A DNA stretch of 64,000 nucleotides from an uncultured Verrucomicrobiae bacterium (GTDB lineage: Bacteria > Verrucomicrobiota > Verrucomicrobiia > Chthoniobacterales > Chthoniobacteraceae): assembly GCA_963769025.1 (NCBI GenBank), contig CAVYKI010000012.1:64001-128000 (forward strand), written 5' to 3'. Made by a program: the position numbers and the translations under genes. Numbering within the stretch: position 1 is the first letter of the stretch; every line of letters starts with the position of its first letter. Below the pieces are notes generated by a model. It saw only the letters and a list, made by a program, of their open reading frames with translations. It ran no database searches and was not told the DNA's origin. This document shows, piece after piece, positions 9,754 through 19,916 of this stretch.

Positions 9754-12060
9754 ATGGCGCAGCCGCTGCGAGTCTTGATTGCCGAGGATAATCCCGCCGA
9801 CGCCGAGCTGGTCGTGCTTCAGTTGCGCCGCGCCGGATTTGAACCCGAGTGGGAACGTGTGGATACCGAAGCCCGGTATCTCGAACGGCTCCAGACGAAC
9901 CCCGACGTCATTCTTTCAGACTACAACATCCCTGGCTTTGGCGGATTGCGGGCGCTCGACCTGTTGCAGGCGGGCGGGCGCGAGATTCCCTTCATCATCA
10001 TCTCCGGCACCATCGGCGAGGAAACCGCCGTGGAGGCCATGAAGCACGGGGCCGCGGATTATCTGCTGAAGGATCGCCTGGCGCGCCTCGGATCAGCGGT
10101 CACCCGGGCAGTGGAACAGGCCCGCTTGCGCAGGGAGCGAAAGGAGGCCGAGGCATTGCTTCGCCGGAGTGAGGCCGAGTTCCGCGGGATGACGGAGGCG
10201 TCGCCGTTGGGGATTTTTGTGGCGGATTGCGACGGGCTCATCACGTACGCCAATTTCACGCTGCGGCGGATGCTGGATGTCGGTTTCCGGGAAGTTGTAG
10301 GCAGCGGATGGGTCCGATCCGTCCATCCGCAGGATCGGAACGAGCTGCGGGCAAAATGGCAGGAAGCCATCGCCGGGAAGCAACGGTTTGAATCCGATGC
10401 CCGCTGCGTGCGTCCCGATGGCACGACGATCCATGTGAACGTCAGAACCGCGGTGATGCGGGAGGACGAGCACATCCTCGGCTACGTGGGCGCGGTGCAA
10501 GACGTCACCGAGCGAAAGCGTGCCGAGGAACGCATCCGCGAACAGGCCTCGATGCTCGATCACGCGCACGACGCCATCATCGTGCGCGACATCCACACCG
10601 GGCGGATCACTTTCTGGAACAAGGGTGCGGAGGGGCTGTATGGCTGGACTGCGGCGGAAGCGGAAGGCAGGGACATCGGGGAGCTGCTCTTTGCGGATCC
10701 CGGCACGCTGGACGGCATCACGGGGGAATTGCTCACGACCGGTGAAAGCCGCGGTGACCGCAAGCACGTGACGAAGGCCGGGAAGGAACTGACGGTGAGC
10801 AGCCACGTGACGCTGGTGCGCGATGACACGGGAACTCCCAAGTCGGCGCTGGTAATCAACATCGACATCACGGAGCAGAAGAACCTCGAGGCGCGGATGC
10901 TGCGCGCGCAGCGGATGGAAAGCATCGGAACACTCGCCAGCGGCGTCGCGCACGACCTGAACAACATCCTGGCGCCGATCATGATGTCCGTGCCCGTGCT
11001 TCGCATGAAGAACTCGGATGCGGAGCGGGAAAGAATCATCTCCACCATCGAGATGAGCGCCGAGCGCGGCGCGCAGATCGTGAAGCAGGTCCTCACCTTT
11101 GGCCGCGGCATCGAAGGCGAACGCCGGCGCCTGCAATTCGGCCCGCTGTTCGGGGAGATCGTGAAGATCGTGCGCGGGACGTTCCCGAAGAGCATCACGA
11201 TCGACAGCACGATCAAACCGGACGCCTGGCCGGTGCTCGGCGACGCGACGCAGATGCACCAGATCCTGCTCAACCTCTGCATCAATGCGCGCGATGCGAT
11301 GCCCGCGGGAGGCAAGCTGCGCCTGGGCGCGCGGAATCTCCTGCTCGATGCCAGCTTTTCCAGCATGATGCCCGGCACCACGCCCGGGCCTTACGTACTT
11401 CTCGAAGTGAGCGACAATGGGACGGGCATCCCGCCGGAGATCATCGAGCGCATCTTTGACCCGTTCTTCACCACCAAGGGCATCGGCGACGGGACCGGAC
11501 TGGGCCTTTCGACCGTGCTCGGGATCGTCAAGAGCCACGGGGGACACATCACCGTGGCGAGCACCCCGGGCACGGGCACGACCTTCCAGATCTACCTGCC
11601 GGCTTCCGCGGATGCCGAAGAGGGCCAGACCGTTCCCGACCCGGGCACACCTCCTCCGCAGGGACACGGGGAATGCATCCTGGTGGTGGACGACGAGGCA
11701 GCCGTGCGCGCCACAGCGCAGGATGTCCTCGAGATGAACGGCTACCGTACGCTGCAAGCCGCCGATGGCACCGAAGCGCTCGTGATCTTTGCACAGAACT
11801 CCGAGACCGTCGCCGCCGTGCTCACGGATCTCATGATGCCGCTCATGGACGGCATCGCATTGATCCGCGCCTTGCGAGCGATGGTGCCGCACCTGCCGAT
11901 CCTCGCTTCGACCGGGCTTGCCGAGAAGACGCGCACGAGCGAACTGGAGGCGATGAACGTAAAATGCGTCCTCGCCAAGCCGTACGGTGCGAATGCCCTT
12001 TTGCATGCCATCGACGGGGCGTTGCACCCGGGGGCGGTTCAGGCGGATCGCGCTCCGTGA
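9754..12060 (+). CDS. Hybrid histidine kinase (REC-PAS-PAS-HisKA-HATPase-REC)
   Basis: N-terminal REC, GVAHDLNNIL, NLCINARDAM, FDPFFTTKG, C-terminal ILVVDDE...TDLMMP. Confidence 0.95.
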   Translation: MAQPLRVLIAEDNPADAELVVLQLRRAGFEPEWERVDTEARYLERLQTNPDVILSDYNIPGFGGLRALDLLQAGGREIPFIIISGTIGEETAVEAMKHGAADYLLKDRLARLGSAVTRAVEQARLRRERKEAEALLRRSEAEFRGMTEASPLGIFVADCDGLITYANFTLRRMLDVGFREVVGSGWVRSVHPQDRNELRAKWQEAIAGKQRFESDARCVRPDGTTIHVNVRTAVMREDEHILGYVGAVQDVTERKRAEERIREQASMLDHAHDAIIVRDIHTGRITFWNKGAEGLYGWTAAEAEGRDIGELLFADPGTLDGITGELLTTGESRGDRKHVTKAGKELTVSSHVTLVRDDTGTPKSALVINIDITEQKNLEARMLRAQRMESIGTLASGVAHDLNNILAPIMMSVPVLRMKNSDAERERIISTIEMSAERGAQIVKQVLTFGRGIEGERRRLQFGPLFGEIVKIVRGTFPKSITIDSTIKPDAWPVLGDATQMHQILLNLCINARDAMPAGGKLRLGARNLLLDASFSSMMPGTTPGPYVLLEVSDNGTGIPPEIIERIFDPFFTTKGIGDGTGLGLSTVLGIVKSHGGHITVASTPGTGTTFQIYLPASADAEEGQTVPDPGTPPPQGHGECILVVDDEAAVRATAQDVLEMNGYRTLQAADGTEALVIFAQNSETVAAVLTDLMMPLMDGIALIRALRAMVPHLPILASTGLAEKTRTSELEAMNVKCVLAKPYGANALLHAIDGALHPGAVQADRAP

Positions 12061-12073
12061 GGAGTTTCCAACC

Positions 12074-12727
12074 GTGAAGAAGAAGACCCGGATCCTAATC
12101 GTTGACGATCACGAGATCGTCCGCCGCGGGATCCGGACGGTGATCGAGACGGAGTGGGGCTGGGAGATATGCGGGGAGGCCGAGGATGGCCGGCGGGCGG
12201 TTTCCATGGCCCTGGAGCTGAAGCCGGAGATCGTCATCGTGGATGTCGCGATGCCGGAACTCGGCGGCGTGGAAGTGACGCGCCAGATCAAGCGCGGTTT
12301 GCCGGGGACTGAGGTGCTGGTCTTCTCCGGCCAGGAGAATGAGACCTTGGTGCATGAGATCCTCGCGGCAGGCGCCCGGGGATTCGTGCTCAAGACCGAG
12401 TCGGCCGCGCATCTCATCCCGGCCATCAAGGCGCTCAGCGATCACCAGCCCTACTTCGGCGGGCACGTCTCGGGCATCGTCTTCGGGCGGTACCTGAAGG
12501 GATCGATGACTCCCGCCGAGGCCGCACCCGGCGGCATCACTCCGCGCGAGCGCGAAATCGTGCAACTGCTTGCCGAGGGCAAGAGTAACAAGGACGTGGC
12601 TGCCGTACTCGGCATCAGCGTCAAGACCGCGGAGACGCATCGCGCGGCCATCATGCGCAAGCTGGGCTTCACGGCGTTCAGCGAACTGGTGCGCTACGCG
12701 GTCCGCAATCACCTCGTGCAGCCCTGA
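12074..12727 (+). CDS. NarL/FixJ-family response regulator (REC plus LuxR HTH)
   Basis: GTG start; RILIVDDHEIVRRG; TPREREIVQLLAEGKSNKDVA...KTAETHR. Confidence 0.93.
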   Translation: MKKKTRILIVDDHEIVRRGIRTVIETEWGWEICGEAEDGRRAVSMALELKPEIVIVDVAMPELGGVEVTRQIKRGLPGTEVLVFSGQENETLVHEILAAGARGFVLKTESAAHLIPAIKALSDHQPYFGGHVSGIVFGRYLKGSMTPAEAAPGGITPREREIVQLLAEGKSNKDVAAVLGISVKTAETHRAAIMRKLGFTAFSELVRYAVRNHLVQP

Positions 12728-12749
12728 AGGGCCACGGGCATCGGGATCG

Positions 12750-12945
12750 CCGAAAGCCACCAAGGTTTCCTCGATGTCTGGAGCGCGGCGGGCAAAGGCA
12801 CGATGTTCGAGAGCTTCCTGCCTGCCGTTAATGAAAGTTTGCAGTTCCCAAGCCCTTCAACACAGGGACTCTCATTTCCAAGCTCGACGAAGCGATCTCA
12901 TCGCAGCCCGACAGCCGCCCGAACCCGGAACGGCCCTGCGCGTGA
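12750..12945 (+). pseudogene. Degraded C-terminal fragment of a receiver domain
   Basis: Across frameshifts reads PKATKVSSMSG ... SLQF/PKPFNTGTLISKLDEAI..stop 12943-12945, resembling beta4 and the KPF-alpha5 end of REC domains. Confidence 0.4.
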
Positions 12946-12984
12946 GCGGAATCTGAATTGCCGAAGTTCGCGATAGCCTGCGGA

Positions 12985-14136
12985 TCAGATCGCTGCGCCG
13001 AGGATTTCCAGGCCGCGGACCAGTTCGGATTCCGACGCCTTCGCGCAATTCAGCCGCATGAATTTCCCGGGGGCCTGCGCCGGGAAGAACACGTCGCCGG
13101 CGCAGAAGACGACGCCCTTCTCGCGGGCGCGCACTTTCACCTGCGCGGGGTCGGCGGTGTCGGGGAGCTGCACCCACAGCATGTAGCCGCCGACCGGCTC
13201 GGCGATGCGCGTGCCCGCCGGAAAGCTCCGCGTGATCGCGTCGCGGGCGAGCGTGCGGCGGCGCTGGTTGCGCTCGCGGAGGCGGGAGAGGTGCGACTCG
13301 ACCTTTCCCAGCTCGAAGAACGCTCGCAGCGTTCCCTCGCTGAGCACGGAGCCGTGCATGTCGTCCTGGCATTTCAACGTCGCGGCCTGCTCGAAGAGCG
13401 AGCCCGGCACGCAAAAGCCCGCGCGGAGTCCCGGCGAGACGCTTTTCGAAAAGCTCGTGACGTAGGACACGGTCGAGCCGTCGTCGAAGGCGAGCATCGG
13501 CTTCGGCGCGCCGCCATCCACGAGCTCGGCGTAGATGTCATCCTCGATGATGCGCACGCCGAGCCGCCGGCACACCTCGACGAGCGCCATGCGCGCGGGC
13601 TCGGGCATCGTCGAGCCGCTCGGGTTCGAGAGCGTCGTGCAGACGAAGAGGCACTTCGGTTTCCAGCGTTCGAGCAGTTCCGCGACCTCGGCGACGTCGA
13701 ACCCGTCTCCGCTGCGCTCCGGCAGCGGCAGGATGCGCGCGCCTTTCGCCGCGATGAGCTCGAGCAGCGCGTAGTATGCCGGGGTCTGGCACGCGACGAT
13801 GTCGCCGGGCTGCACGAGCACCGAGAGCATGAGCTGCAGCGCCTGCTGGCAGCCGGTGGTCGTGAGCACCTGCGGGCCGGTCACTTTCGCGCCACGCCGC
13901 GAGAGCCGCTCGGCAAAGAGCGCGCGGAGGCGGTGGTCGCCCTCGGGATGGTGATACGCGAAGAGACGCGCACCGTCGTCCGTGCATGCCTTTTCAAACG
14001 CGGCGCGGAGTCCCGCGACCGGCAGCGAATCGGTGGCGGGGACGCCCGCGGCGAGATTGATCAGGCCCGGCTCGTCCGCCTGCCGCATGAAATCCACGAG
14101 GCGTCCGGAGGCTTGGAAAAGGAAAGGTTCGGTCAC
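12985..14136 (-). CDS. PLP-dependent aminotransferase class I/II (MocR-like catalytic domain, no HTH)
   Basis: SNPSG, IIEDDIY, SFSKSVSPGLRAG (PLP lysine). Confidence 0.9.
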   Translation of the reverse strand: MTEPFLFQASGRLVDFMRQADEPGLINLAAGVPATDSLPVAGLRAAFEKACTDDGARLFAYHHPEGDHRLRALFAERLSRRGAKVTGPQVLTTTGCQQALQLMLSVLVQPGDIVACQTPAYYALLELIAAKGARILPLPERSGDGFDVAEVAELLERWKPKCLFVCTTLSNPSGSTMPEPARMALVEVCRRLGVRIIEDDIYAELVDGGAPKPMLAFDDGSTVSYVTSFSKSVSPGLRAGFCVPGSLFEQAATLKCQDDMHGSVLSEGTLRAFFELGKVESHLSRLRERNQRRRTLARDAITRSFPAGTRIAEPVGGYMLWVQLPDTADPAQVKVRAREKGVVFCAGDVFFPAQAPGKFMRLNCAKASESELVRGLEILGAAI

Positions 14137-14181
14137 AAGGGAATCAGCGTAGGGCTTGCGCGGCGAAAATCCAACCCGCGC

Positions 14182-15414
14182 TCACTGCGCGCTCCATTCG
14201 TGCGCCCCGTCGGCGAGCCCAAGATGCGCGAGCGCCTCGCCCGCGAGGAAAAGCGAGCCGGCGATGAGGATGCGTCCGTCTTCCGCCCGCGCCTCCGCGA
14301 GCGCGGCGGCAAGAGTGTCCGCGACGCTCACCGGAATGGCCGGCGACTGCGCGCCGATCACCGCAGCGAGGTCCGCCGGTGGCAGCGCACGCGGACTTCG
14401 CACGGGGACGCAGACGATGCGCGCGGCGATCGGCAGCAACTCGGAGACGAAACCGGACGCGTCCTTGTCGGCGAGAATGCCGAGGATGAGCGTTGCCTTC
14501 TGATCGCCAAATTCCTCGCGCCATGTCGTCGCGAGCTGCACGGCGGCGGAGGGATTGTGCGCGCCGTCGATGATGAGGCGGTCGTCCACGCGCTGAAACC
14601 TCGCCGGCCACTCGGCACCGGCAAAAGCCTCGCGGACCGCGCCCGGCTCGGGACGCATTCCGGATGCAATGAGCGCGGCAAACGCGAGGGCCGCGTTCCA
14701 CCGCTGATGGCTGCCCGCAAGCGCGAGCGGCCATTCGGCGCCGAGCGGCTGGCGGGTGAACTTCAGCGACGCGCCCGCTGCTTCCGCCACGGTGCGCAAG
14801 ACAGTCTCCACCTCCGGCAATTGCGGCGCAGAAACGACCGGCACGGATGGCTTGATGATGCCTGCCTTTTCCCCCGCGATCGCGGCGAGCGTGCCGCCGA
14901 GATATTGCATGTGATCGAGGCCGACCGGCGTGATGACCGAGACGGCGGGCGTGACGACGTTCGTCGCGTCGAGCCGCCCGCCCATTCCGGTTTCGAGGAT
15001 GACGATTTCCGCGCGCTGCTGCTGAAACCACGCGAGCGCGAGCGCGGTCGTCACTTCAAAGAAGGTCGGCGTGTGATCCCATCCTGCGGTGATGTCGCGG
15101 ATTTTGCCAAGGCCCTCGGCGACGTGCTCCTCCGGAATGCGATTCGGCCCGAGCCGGATGCGCTCGCGGAAGCTCACGAGGTGCGGCGACGTGTAGAGGC
15201 CGGTGCGGCGCTTCGCCGCGACGCAGACGGCGGCGAGCAACGCGCACACGGAACCTTTGCCATTCGTGCCCGCGACGTGGATGAACTTGCACTTCTCGCC
15301 GCTGGCGGTGTCGATGCCCAGCGCGTCGCAGAGACGGCGGATGTTTTCGAGACCGAGCTTTATCCCGTGGACCTGCAGGCCGTAGAGCCAGTCTAGCGCC
15401 TCGCGGTAATTCAT
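14182..15414 (-). CDS. folC: Folylpolyglutamate synthase/dihydrofolate synthase
   Basis: IHVAGTNGKGS, YTSPHL, ETGMGGRLDATN, DGAHNP; follows accD. Confidence 0.97.
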   Translation of the reverse strand: MNYREALDWLYGLQVHGIKLGLENIRRLCDALGIDTASGEKCKFIHVAGTNGKGSVCALLAAVCVAAKRRTGLYTSPHLVSFRERIRLGPNRIPEEHVAEGLGKIRDITAGWDHTPTFFEVTTALALAWFQQQRAEIVILETGMGGRLDATNVVTPAVSVITPVGLDHMQYLGGTLAAIAGEKAGIIKPSVPVVSAPQLPEVETVLRTVAEAAGASLKFTRQPLGAEWPLALAGSHQRWNAALAFAALIASGMRPEPGAVREAFAGAEWPARFQRVDDRLIIDGAHNPSAAVQLATTWREEFGDQKATLILGILADKDASGFVSELLPIAARIVCVPVRSPRALPPADLAAVIGAQSPAIPVSVADTLAAALAEARAEDGRILIAGSLFLAGEALAHLGLADGAHEWSAQ

Positions 15415-15535
15415 CGGAGGAAGCCGCGCGGGTAGCGGCGCACCGTTCCCTCAGAAACGAGCTCCTTCGCTCCCCCAGGAATGAGCGCGCGGCACCGATG
15501 TGCGATCCGCGGAAGACGGCCGTTGCCTGCGTCCA

Positions 15536-16378
15536 TCACGCCGCGGCGGGCGCGAGGTAGGCGAGGAGGCTGGCGAGCGTCTCCTTCATTTTTTTGCGAT
15601 GGACGATCATGTCCACGAGGCCGTGGTCCACGCAAAATTCGGCGGTCTGGAATCCCGGCGGCAGTTCCTGGTGCGTGGTCTCGCGAATGACGCGCGGGCC
15701 GGCGAAGCCGATCATGCAGCGCGGCTCGGCGATGATGATGTCGCCGACGCTCGCGTAGCTGGCCATCACGCCGGCGGTCGTCGGGTCGGTGAGGACGGAA
15801 ATGTATGGCAGCTTTGCATCCGAATGCCGCGCGAGCGCGCCGCAGGTTTTCGCCATCTGCATGAGCGAAAGCATGCCCTCGTACATCCGCGCGCCGCCGC
15901 TGGCGCTGACGATGATGACCGGGAGCCGCTGCGCGGTGGCACGCTCGATGGCTCGGGTGATTTTTTCGCCGACGACGCTGCCCATCGTCGCGGCGAGGAA
16001 TCCAAAATCCATCACGGCGATGCTCACCTTTTTCTGCTCGATCGCGCCGGTGCCGGTGATGACCGCATCGAGAAGCCCCGTGGACTTCTGATACTTTTTC
16101 AAGCGATCGGTGTAGCTGGCCTGACCGGTGAATTTCAACGTGTCCACGGACACGAGCTTGGCGTCGTGCTCCTCAAATGTCCCCTCGTCGATCAGCAGTT
16201 CGATACGCCCATGCGCCGTGAGCGAGAAGTGGTGCTCGCATTTCGGACAGATGCGGACGTTGCCCTCGATTTCGAGGTTGTGGATGATCTCGCTGCAGCG
16301 GGGACATTTCGTCCAGAGGCCGGCCGGGAGTTCGCGTTTCTTGCCGGACGTGAAGACCGGTTTGGAGAAGATTCCCAT
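15536..16378 (-). CDS. accD: Acetyl-CoA carboxylase carboxyltransferase beta subunit
   Basis: LWTKCPRC...CPKC zinc finger, SGGARMYEG, IGFAGPRVI, PPGFQTAEF. Confidence 0.97.
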   Translation of the reverse strand: MGIFSKPVFTSGKKRELPAGLWTKCPRCSEIIHNLEIEGNVRICPKCEHHFSLTAHGRIELLIDEGTFEEHDAKLVSVDTLKFTGQASYTDRLKKYQKSTGLLDAVITGTGAIEQKKVSIAVMDFGFLAATMGSVVGEKITRAIERATAQRLPVIIVSASGGARMYEGMLSLMQMAKTCGALARHSDAKLPYISVLTDPTTAGVMASYASVGDIIIAEPRCMIGFAGPRVIRETTHQELPPGFQTAEFCVDHGLVDMIVHRKKMKETLASLLAYLAPAAA

Positions 16379-16499
16379 GGGATTTTGAGGGTCAGAGGCT
16401 TTCATGGACAGCACGGGATTTGCGGGGCTTCCGTTGGGCTGCCTTGGTTTTGAAGTGGCGGGTGATGATGGATTGCGGCGTCAGCATTTTGCTGCGGCT

Positions 16500-17231
16500 C
16501 TAGCCGCGGGCGACTGTGATGACTCTCACGGAGGAGGCACCGGCGTGCAATAGCACGCGGGAGCACTCCTCGACGGTGGAGCCCGTCGTGAAAACGTCGT
16601 CAACGAGGACGAGGTGTCGGTCTTTCACGCGCGCATTGTGGCGCACTCGGAAGGCGCCACGCAAGTTTTCCATTCGCTCGGCGCGGTCGAGCTTTGTCTG
16701 CGTGGAGGTGTAGCGGGTGCGCTTCAGCGCGTTCCACGCGGGAATGCCGCACCGGCGCGAGACGAGCGCGGCGAGTTCGGCGGCCTGGTTGAACTCGCGT
16801 TCGCGAAAGCGGATGTGGTGGAGCGGCACGGGCACGAATGCGTCGAACGGGCGCGAGGCAATGCGCGGATCATCGAGCGCCTCCGCGAGCCAGCCCGCGA
16901 GCGGATGCCGGAGATGGAACTGATGCTCGTACTTGAAGGCGTGGATGAAATCGCGGACGACACCGCGGCTGAGGAAAGGTGCGACGGCGCACTCGAAGCG
17001 AAGGTCGCGGCCGGCGCAATTCGAGCAGGTGAACTCCTGCGTGATCGCGCCGTCGAACTGCTGCGAGCAGCGCTGGCAGAATGGCGCCTCGATGCGGCGC
17101 GCCGTTTTCGCGCAGTCCGCGCAAAGGTGGATGCCCGGCTCCGTCGCGGCGCGGCACGCGGCGCAGTGCGGCGGGAAACAGAGCGTGCCGAGCGCGCTGA
17201 AAAAGTTACGCGCCGTCCTTGCGAGTCCCAT
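16500..17231 (-). CDS. comF: ComF-family protein (zinc ribbons plus phosphoribosyltransferase domain)
   Basis: Four CxxC pairs; VPVPLH, REFNQA, LVDDVFTTGST. Confidence 0.92.
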   Translation of the reverse strand: MGLARTARNFFSALGTLCFPPHCAACRAATEPGIHLCADCAKTARRIEAPFCQRCSQQFDGAITQEFTCSNCAGRDLRFECAVAPFLSRGVVRDFIHAFKYEHQFHLRHPLAGWLAEALDDPRIASRPFDAFVPVPLHHIRFREREFNQAAELAALVSRRCGIPAWNALKRTRYTSTQTKLDRAERMENLRGAFRVRHNARVKDRHLVLVDDVFTTGSTVEECSRVLLHAGASSVRVITVARG

Positions 17232-18102
17232 AGGCGAGGAAAACGCGGCAAACCAGGCCGGTGAGGATGACGGTGATGAGCGGCGCGATGCCGACACGGA
17301 TGTCGGCGCCGATCCACGGCAGTTTGTCGGGGGCGAAGTAGGCGAATTTTCCGAAGCCCTGCACGCAAAACACCCAGCCCGCGTGCAGGCCGATGCTGAG
17401 CCAGAGCGAGTGCGTGCGCTGCGTGGCCCAGCCGAGCACCCATCCGACCGCAAGGAGGGTGGTGAACGACGCGGCGACCATCACCGGCTCGCTCCACTGG
17501 CCGAACACGGCGGGAATCAATTCGAAGCCGGAGGACCACGTGACGTCGGCGGGCGCGATGCCGGTCTTTACCGGCTTGATGAAGTGCAGCACTGCGAAGA
17601 ACACCGAGCTGGCGAAGAGTGCCCCGAAGCGCGACATCGAGCGCTGGAACAGGCCGAGGAACGCGCCGCGGAAAATGCATTCCTCGATGAAGCCCACGCT
17701 CGCGGCGGTGAAGAGCACCTTGGGCAATTCGCCGGGGAGCCGCTCTGCGGGCGGACGGAAAATGACGCCGCCAAATGCGAACAGGATTAGCGACATCACG
17801 GCCATGAGCGCGATGGCGGCGGCGAAGCCGAAGGTCAGCCGCCGTGCCCACTGCGTATCCCAGCGCAGGCCGAGCTCGGCGAGCGAGCGCACGCGCAACG
17901 AACGTGCGAGCGGCCACAGGAGGAGGACGGCGACGATTTCAACGATGCGGGTGAAATAGCGATGAAAACCCTGCCCCGTGATGGCCGGAAAAATGCCGCG
18001 GTCGGCGAGCGAATGGCCGTACTTGAACACAAGCGGCGCGAGCAGTGCGCCGATTGCGAGCGACGCGGCGAGGTAGAGCAAGAGCTTGCGAAGATCCTTC
18101 AA
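17206..18102 (-). CDS. CPBP (CAAX/Abi) intramembrane metalloprotease
   Basis: EECIFRG, FAVLH, SIGLHAGW, multiple TM segments; TTG start. Confidence 0.9.
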   Translation of the reverse strand: MKDLRKLLLYLAASLAIGALLAPLVFKYGHSLADRGIFPAITGQGFHRYFTRIVEIVAVLLLWPLARSLRVRSLAELGLRWDTQWARRLTFGFAAAIALMAVMSLILFAFGGVIFRPPAERLPGELPKVLFTAASVGFIEECIFRGAFLGLFQRSMSRFGALFASSVFFAVLHFIKPVKTGIAPADVTWSSGFELIPAVFGQWSEPVMVAASFTTLLAVGWVLGWATQRTHSLWLSIGLHAGWVFCVQGFGKFAYFAPDKLPWIGADIRVGIAPLITVILTGLVCRVFLAYGTRKDGA

Positions 18103-18140
18103 AGTGGCGTCTATCTCTCAGAAATCGAAACCCCGCTCCA

Positions 18141-18422
18141 TTGAAAATCCGTTCCCGAAACATTCACGCCTGGAAGCACACCACGGACGACGGTGAAAAA
18201 CGCGAGGTGCGCGCGGAGAAATTTGGCGGCAGGTGGCGCATCCAGGCGAAGCTCCGCGACGACGAGTCGTGGACCTATTACGACGCGCCGCTGATGGACG
18301 ATCTCCTCGAACTGCGGCGCGTGCTTTGGAACAAGTATCAGCGGAAGCATCTCGCTTTCGAAGATGTCGCCGCGGTGGACAAGATGATCGTGGACCAAGG
18401 CGGCACGGTGCCGGAGATGTGA
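18141..18422 (+). CDS. Small hypothetical protein
   Basis: Typical codon usage, fills the gap between flanking genes; KREVRAEKFGGRWRIQAK; start (TTG) uncertain. Confidence 0.7.
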   Translation: MKIRSRNIHAWKHTTDDGEKREVRAEKFGGRWRIQAKLRDDESWTYYDAPLMDDLLELRRVLWNKYQRKHLAFEDVAAVDKMIVDQGGTVPEM

Positions 18423-18449
18423 CGGCATCGGCGGGAATGCGGCCCGCAT

Positions 18450-18884
18450 TCAGCTGAAGATGCGCTTGTAGAGCTTCTCGTTCGTGCCGAGGTAAAACCA
18501 CGCGGCGATGATCAGCAGCGCGAAGACGTTGAGCCAGAAACCCCACGTCGCGCGCCGGCGGCCATGCGGCCATCTGCCGATCGCGCGGTGCTCGGCGATG
18601 GCGGCGAGGGCGATGCCGGCGCTGAGCACGTGAAAGAATGTGGACGTAACGATGGTCCAGAACGCGCCGGTCTCCGTTCCGCCGCCGAAGGTGCGCACCA
18701 TCCACACGGCAGCCTCGATGAGCAGCGCGATGAAAAACAGATTCGTCGCAATGCCGGACTTCCGGTTCATGTCCTTGGAGTGGAGGGACGCCACGTTGAT
18801 GATGAGCCCGACGACAATCATGCCGACGGGCACCAGGCCAATCCACGCGTAGGTCTGGTCGATGGCCGCGAGGAACGTGTTCAT
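18450..18884 (-). CDS. Hypothetical membrane protein (about 4 TM helices)
   Basis: ATG overlaps the holB stop (ATGA); four hydrophobic stretches. Confidence 0.75.
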   Translation of the reverse strand: MNTFLAAIDQTYAWIGLVPVGMIVVGLIINVASLHSKDMNRKSGIATNLFFIALLIEAAVWMVRTFGGGTETGAFWTIVTSTFFHVLSAGIALAAIAEHRAIGRWPHGRRRATWGFWLNVFALLIIAAWFYLGTNEKLYKRIFS

Positions 18885-19849
18885 GCGGCGAAGGCGTCCA
18901 TGAATGCGACCTCCACGGCAAGCTGCTCCTGCACGTTGCGCCCGAAATTTTCCCGCAACCCGCCGATGGCTGCGGCGCGGTCGATCACGTCGGAAACGGG
19001 GAGACGGCCCGCGAGGGCGGCGGTGTCGGCGGAGAAATCCGGGAGGTCGAGATGGGAGGCGTGCTGCTGCTGGCGGAGGACGTCGGCCCACCAGCATTCC
19101 AGCGTGTCCACGAGCACGCCGCGCTCGTTGCGATAGCGGGCTTCGGCGAGCGCCTTGTGGAAATCCTCGCGGTCATCGAGCCAGCCGGCACCCACGCCGC
19201 TGGCCTCGCGATAGCGTTTGGACTCGGCCTTGAACGCCGCTTCCGTCTCGTCGGAAATCGTCTGCCGCGCCTCGGCCAGGAGCGCCTGCACTTCGCGGAC
19301 GAGGCCGAAAATCTGCGGGAGTTCCGGGCGGGGTACGGTGAAGTATCTGCGCAGCGATTCGGCGAGCCGGCGCTGGCGGTCGGAGAGCCCGCGGCGGACG
19401 CCGGGTGCCAGCGGGATCTCGATGCAGCGGGAGAGGATTGTTTCGAGCAGCAGCTCCGGAAAATTGCTGACGAGGAGGATGTGGGAATTGCGCGGCGGCT
19501 CCTCGAGGGTCTTGAGAAATGCGTTGGCAGCCTGCTCGCCGAGCCGGTCAGCGTCGAAAATGATGACGACCTTGCGCCCGCCGCGCAACGCGCGCATCTG
19601 CAATTCGCGCTCAAGGTCGCGCACCTGGTCGATCGAGATGCGCCGCGACTTCGACTCAGGCTCGGCGATGTGGACATCCGGGTGCTTCAATGGCGCGGCA
19701 GAGTCGCCGACGAGGATGCCGGTGAGCCCGGCGGCGACCTCGCGCGTGCCGCTGCCGACCGGGCCGGTGATCAGGTAGGCGTGCGCGAGGCGGTCGTTTG
19801 CCTGCGCTTTGCGGAGAAGGGTGAGGGCTTGGTCGGCGGAAAATGCCAT
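18881..19849 (-). CDS. holB: DNA polymerase III subunit delta'
   Basis: RLAHAYLITG, HPDVH, ISIDQVR, AANAFLKTLEEPP, TILSRC. Confidence 0.93.
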   Translation of the reverse strand: MAFSADQALTLLRKAQANDRLAHAYLITGPVGSGTREVAAGLTGILVGDSAAPLKHPDVHIAEPESKSRRISIDQVRDLERELQMRALRGGRKVVIIFDADRLGEQAANAFLKTLEEPPRNSHILLVSNFPELLLETILSRCIEIPLAPGVRRGLSDRQRRLAESLRRYFTVPRPELPQIFGLVREVQALLAEARQTISDETEAAFKAESKRYREASGVGAGWLDDREDFHKALAEARYRNERGVLVDTLECWWADVLRQQQHASHLDLPDFSADTAALAGRLPVSDVIDRAAAIGGLRENFGRNVQEQLAVEVAFMDAFAA

Positions 19850-19916
19850 CGGGCCGCGACTAGATGCGGAATCGCAACGGCCGGCGCAAAGAGAAAAACC
19901 GCGGGCGCGCGGGGCG

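Noticed and set aside
12958..15396. 812-aa plus-strand ORF and similar long antisense ORFs (7433-9223, 10093-12027, 37550-39418, 60080-62500)
   Set aside because: Antisense shadows of well-supported genes in high-GC DNA; no recognisable motifs
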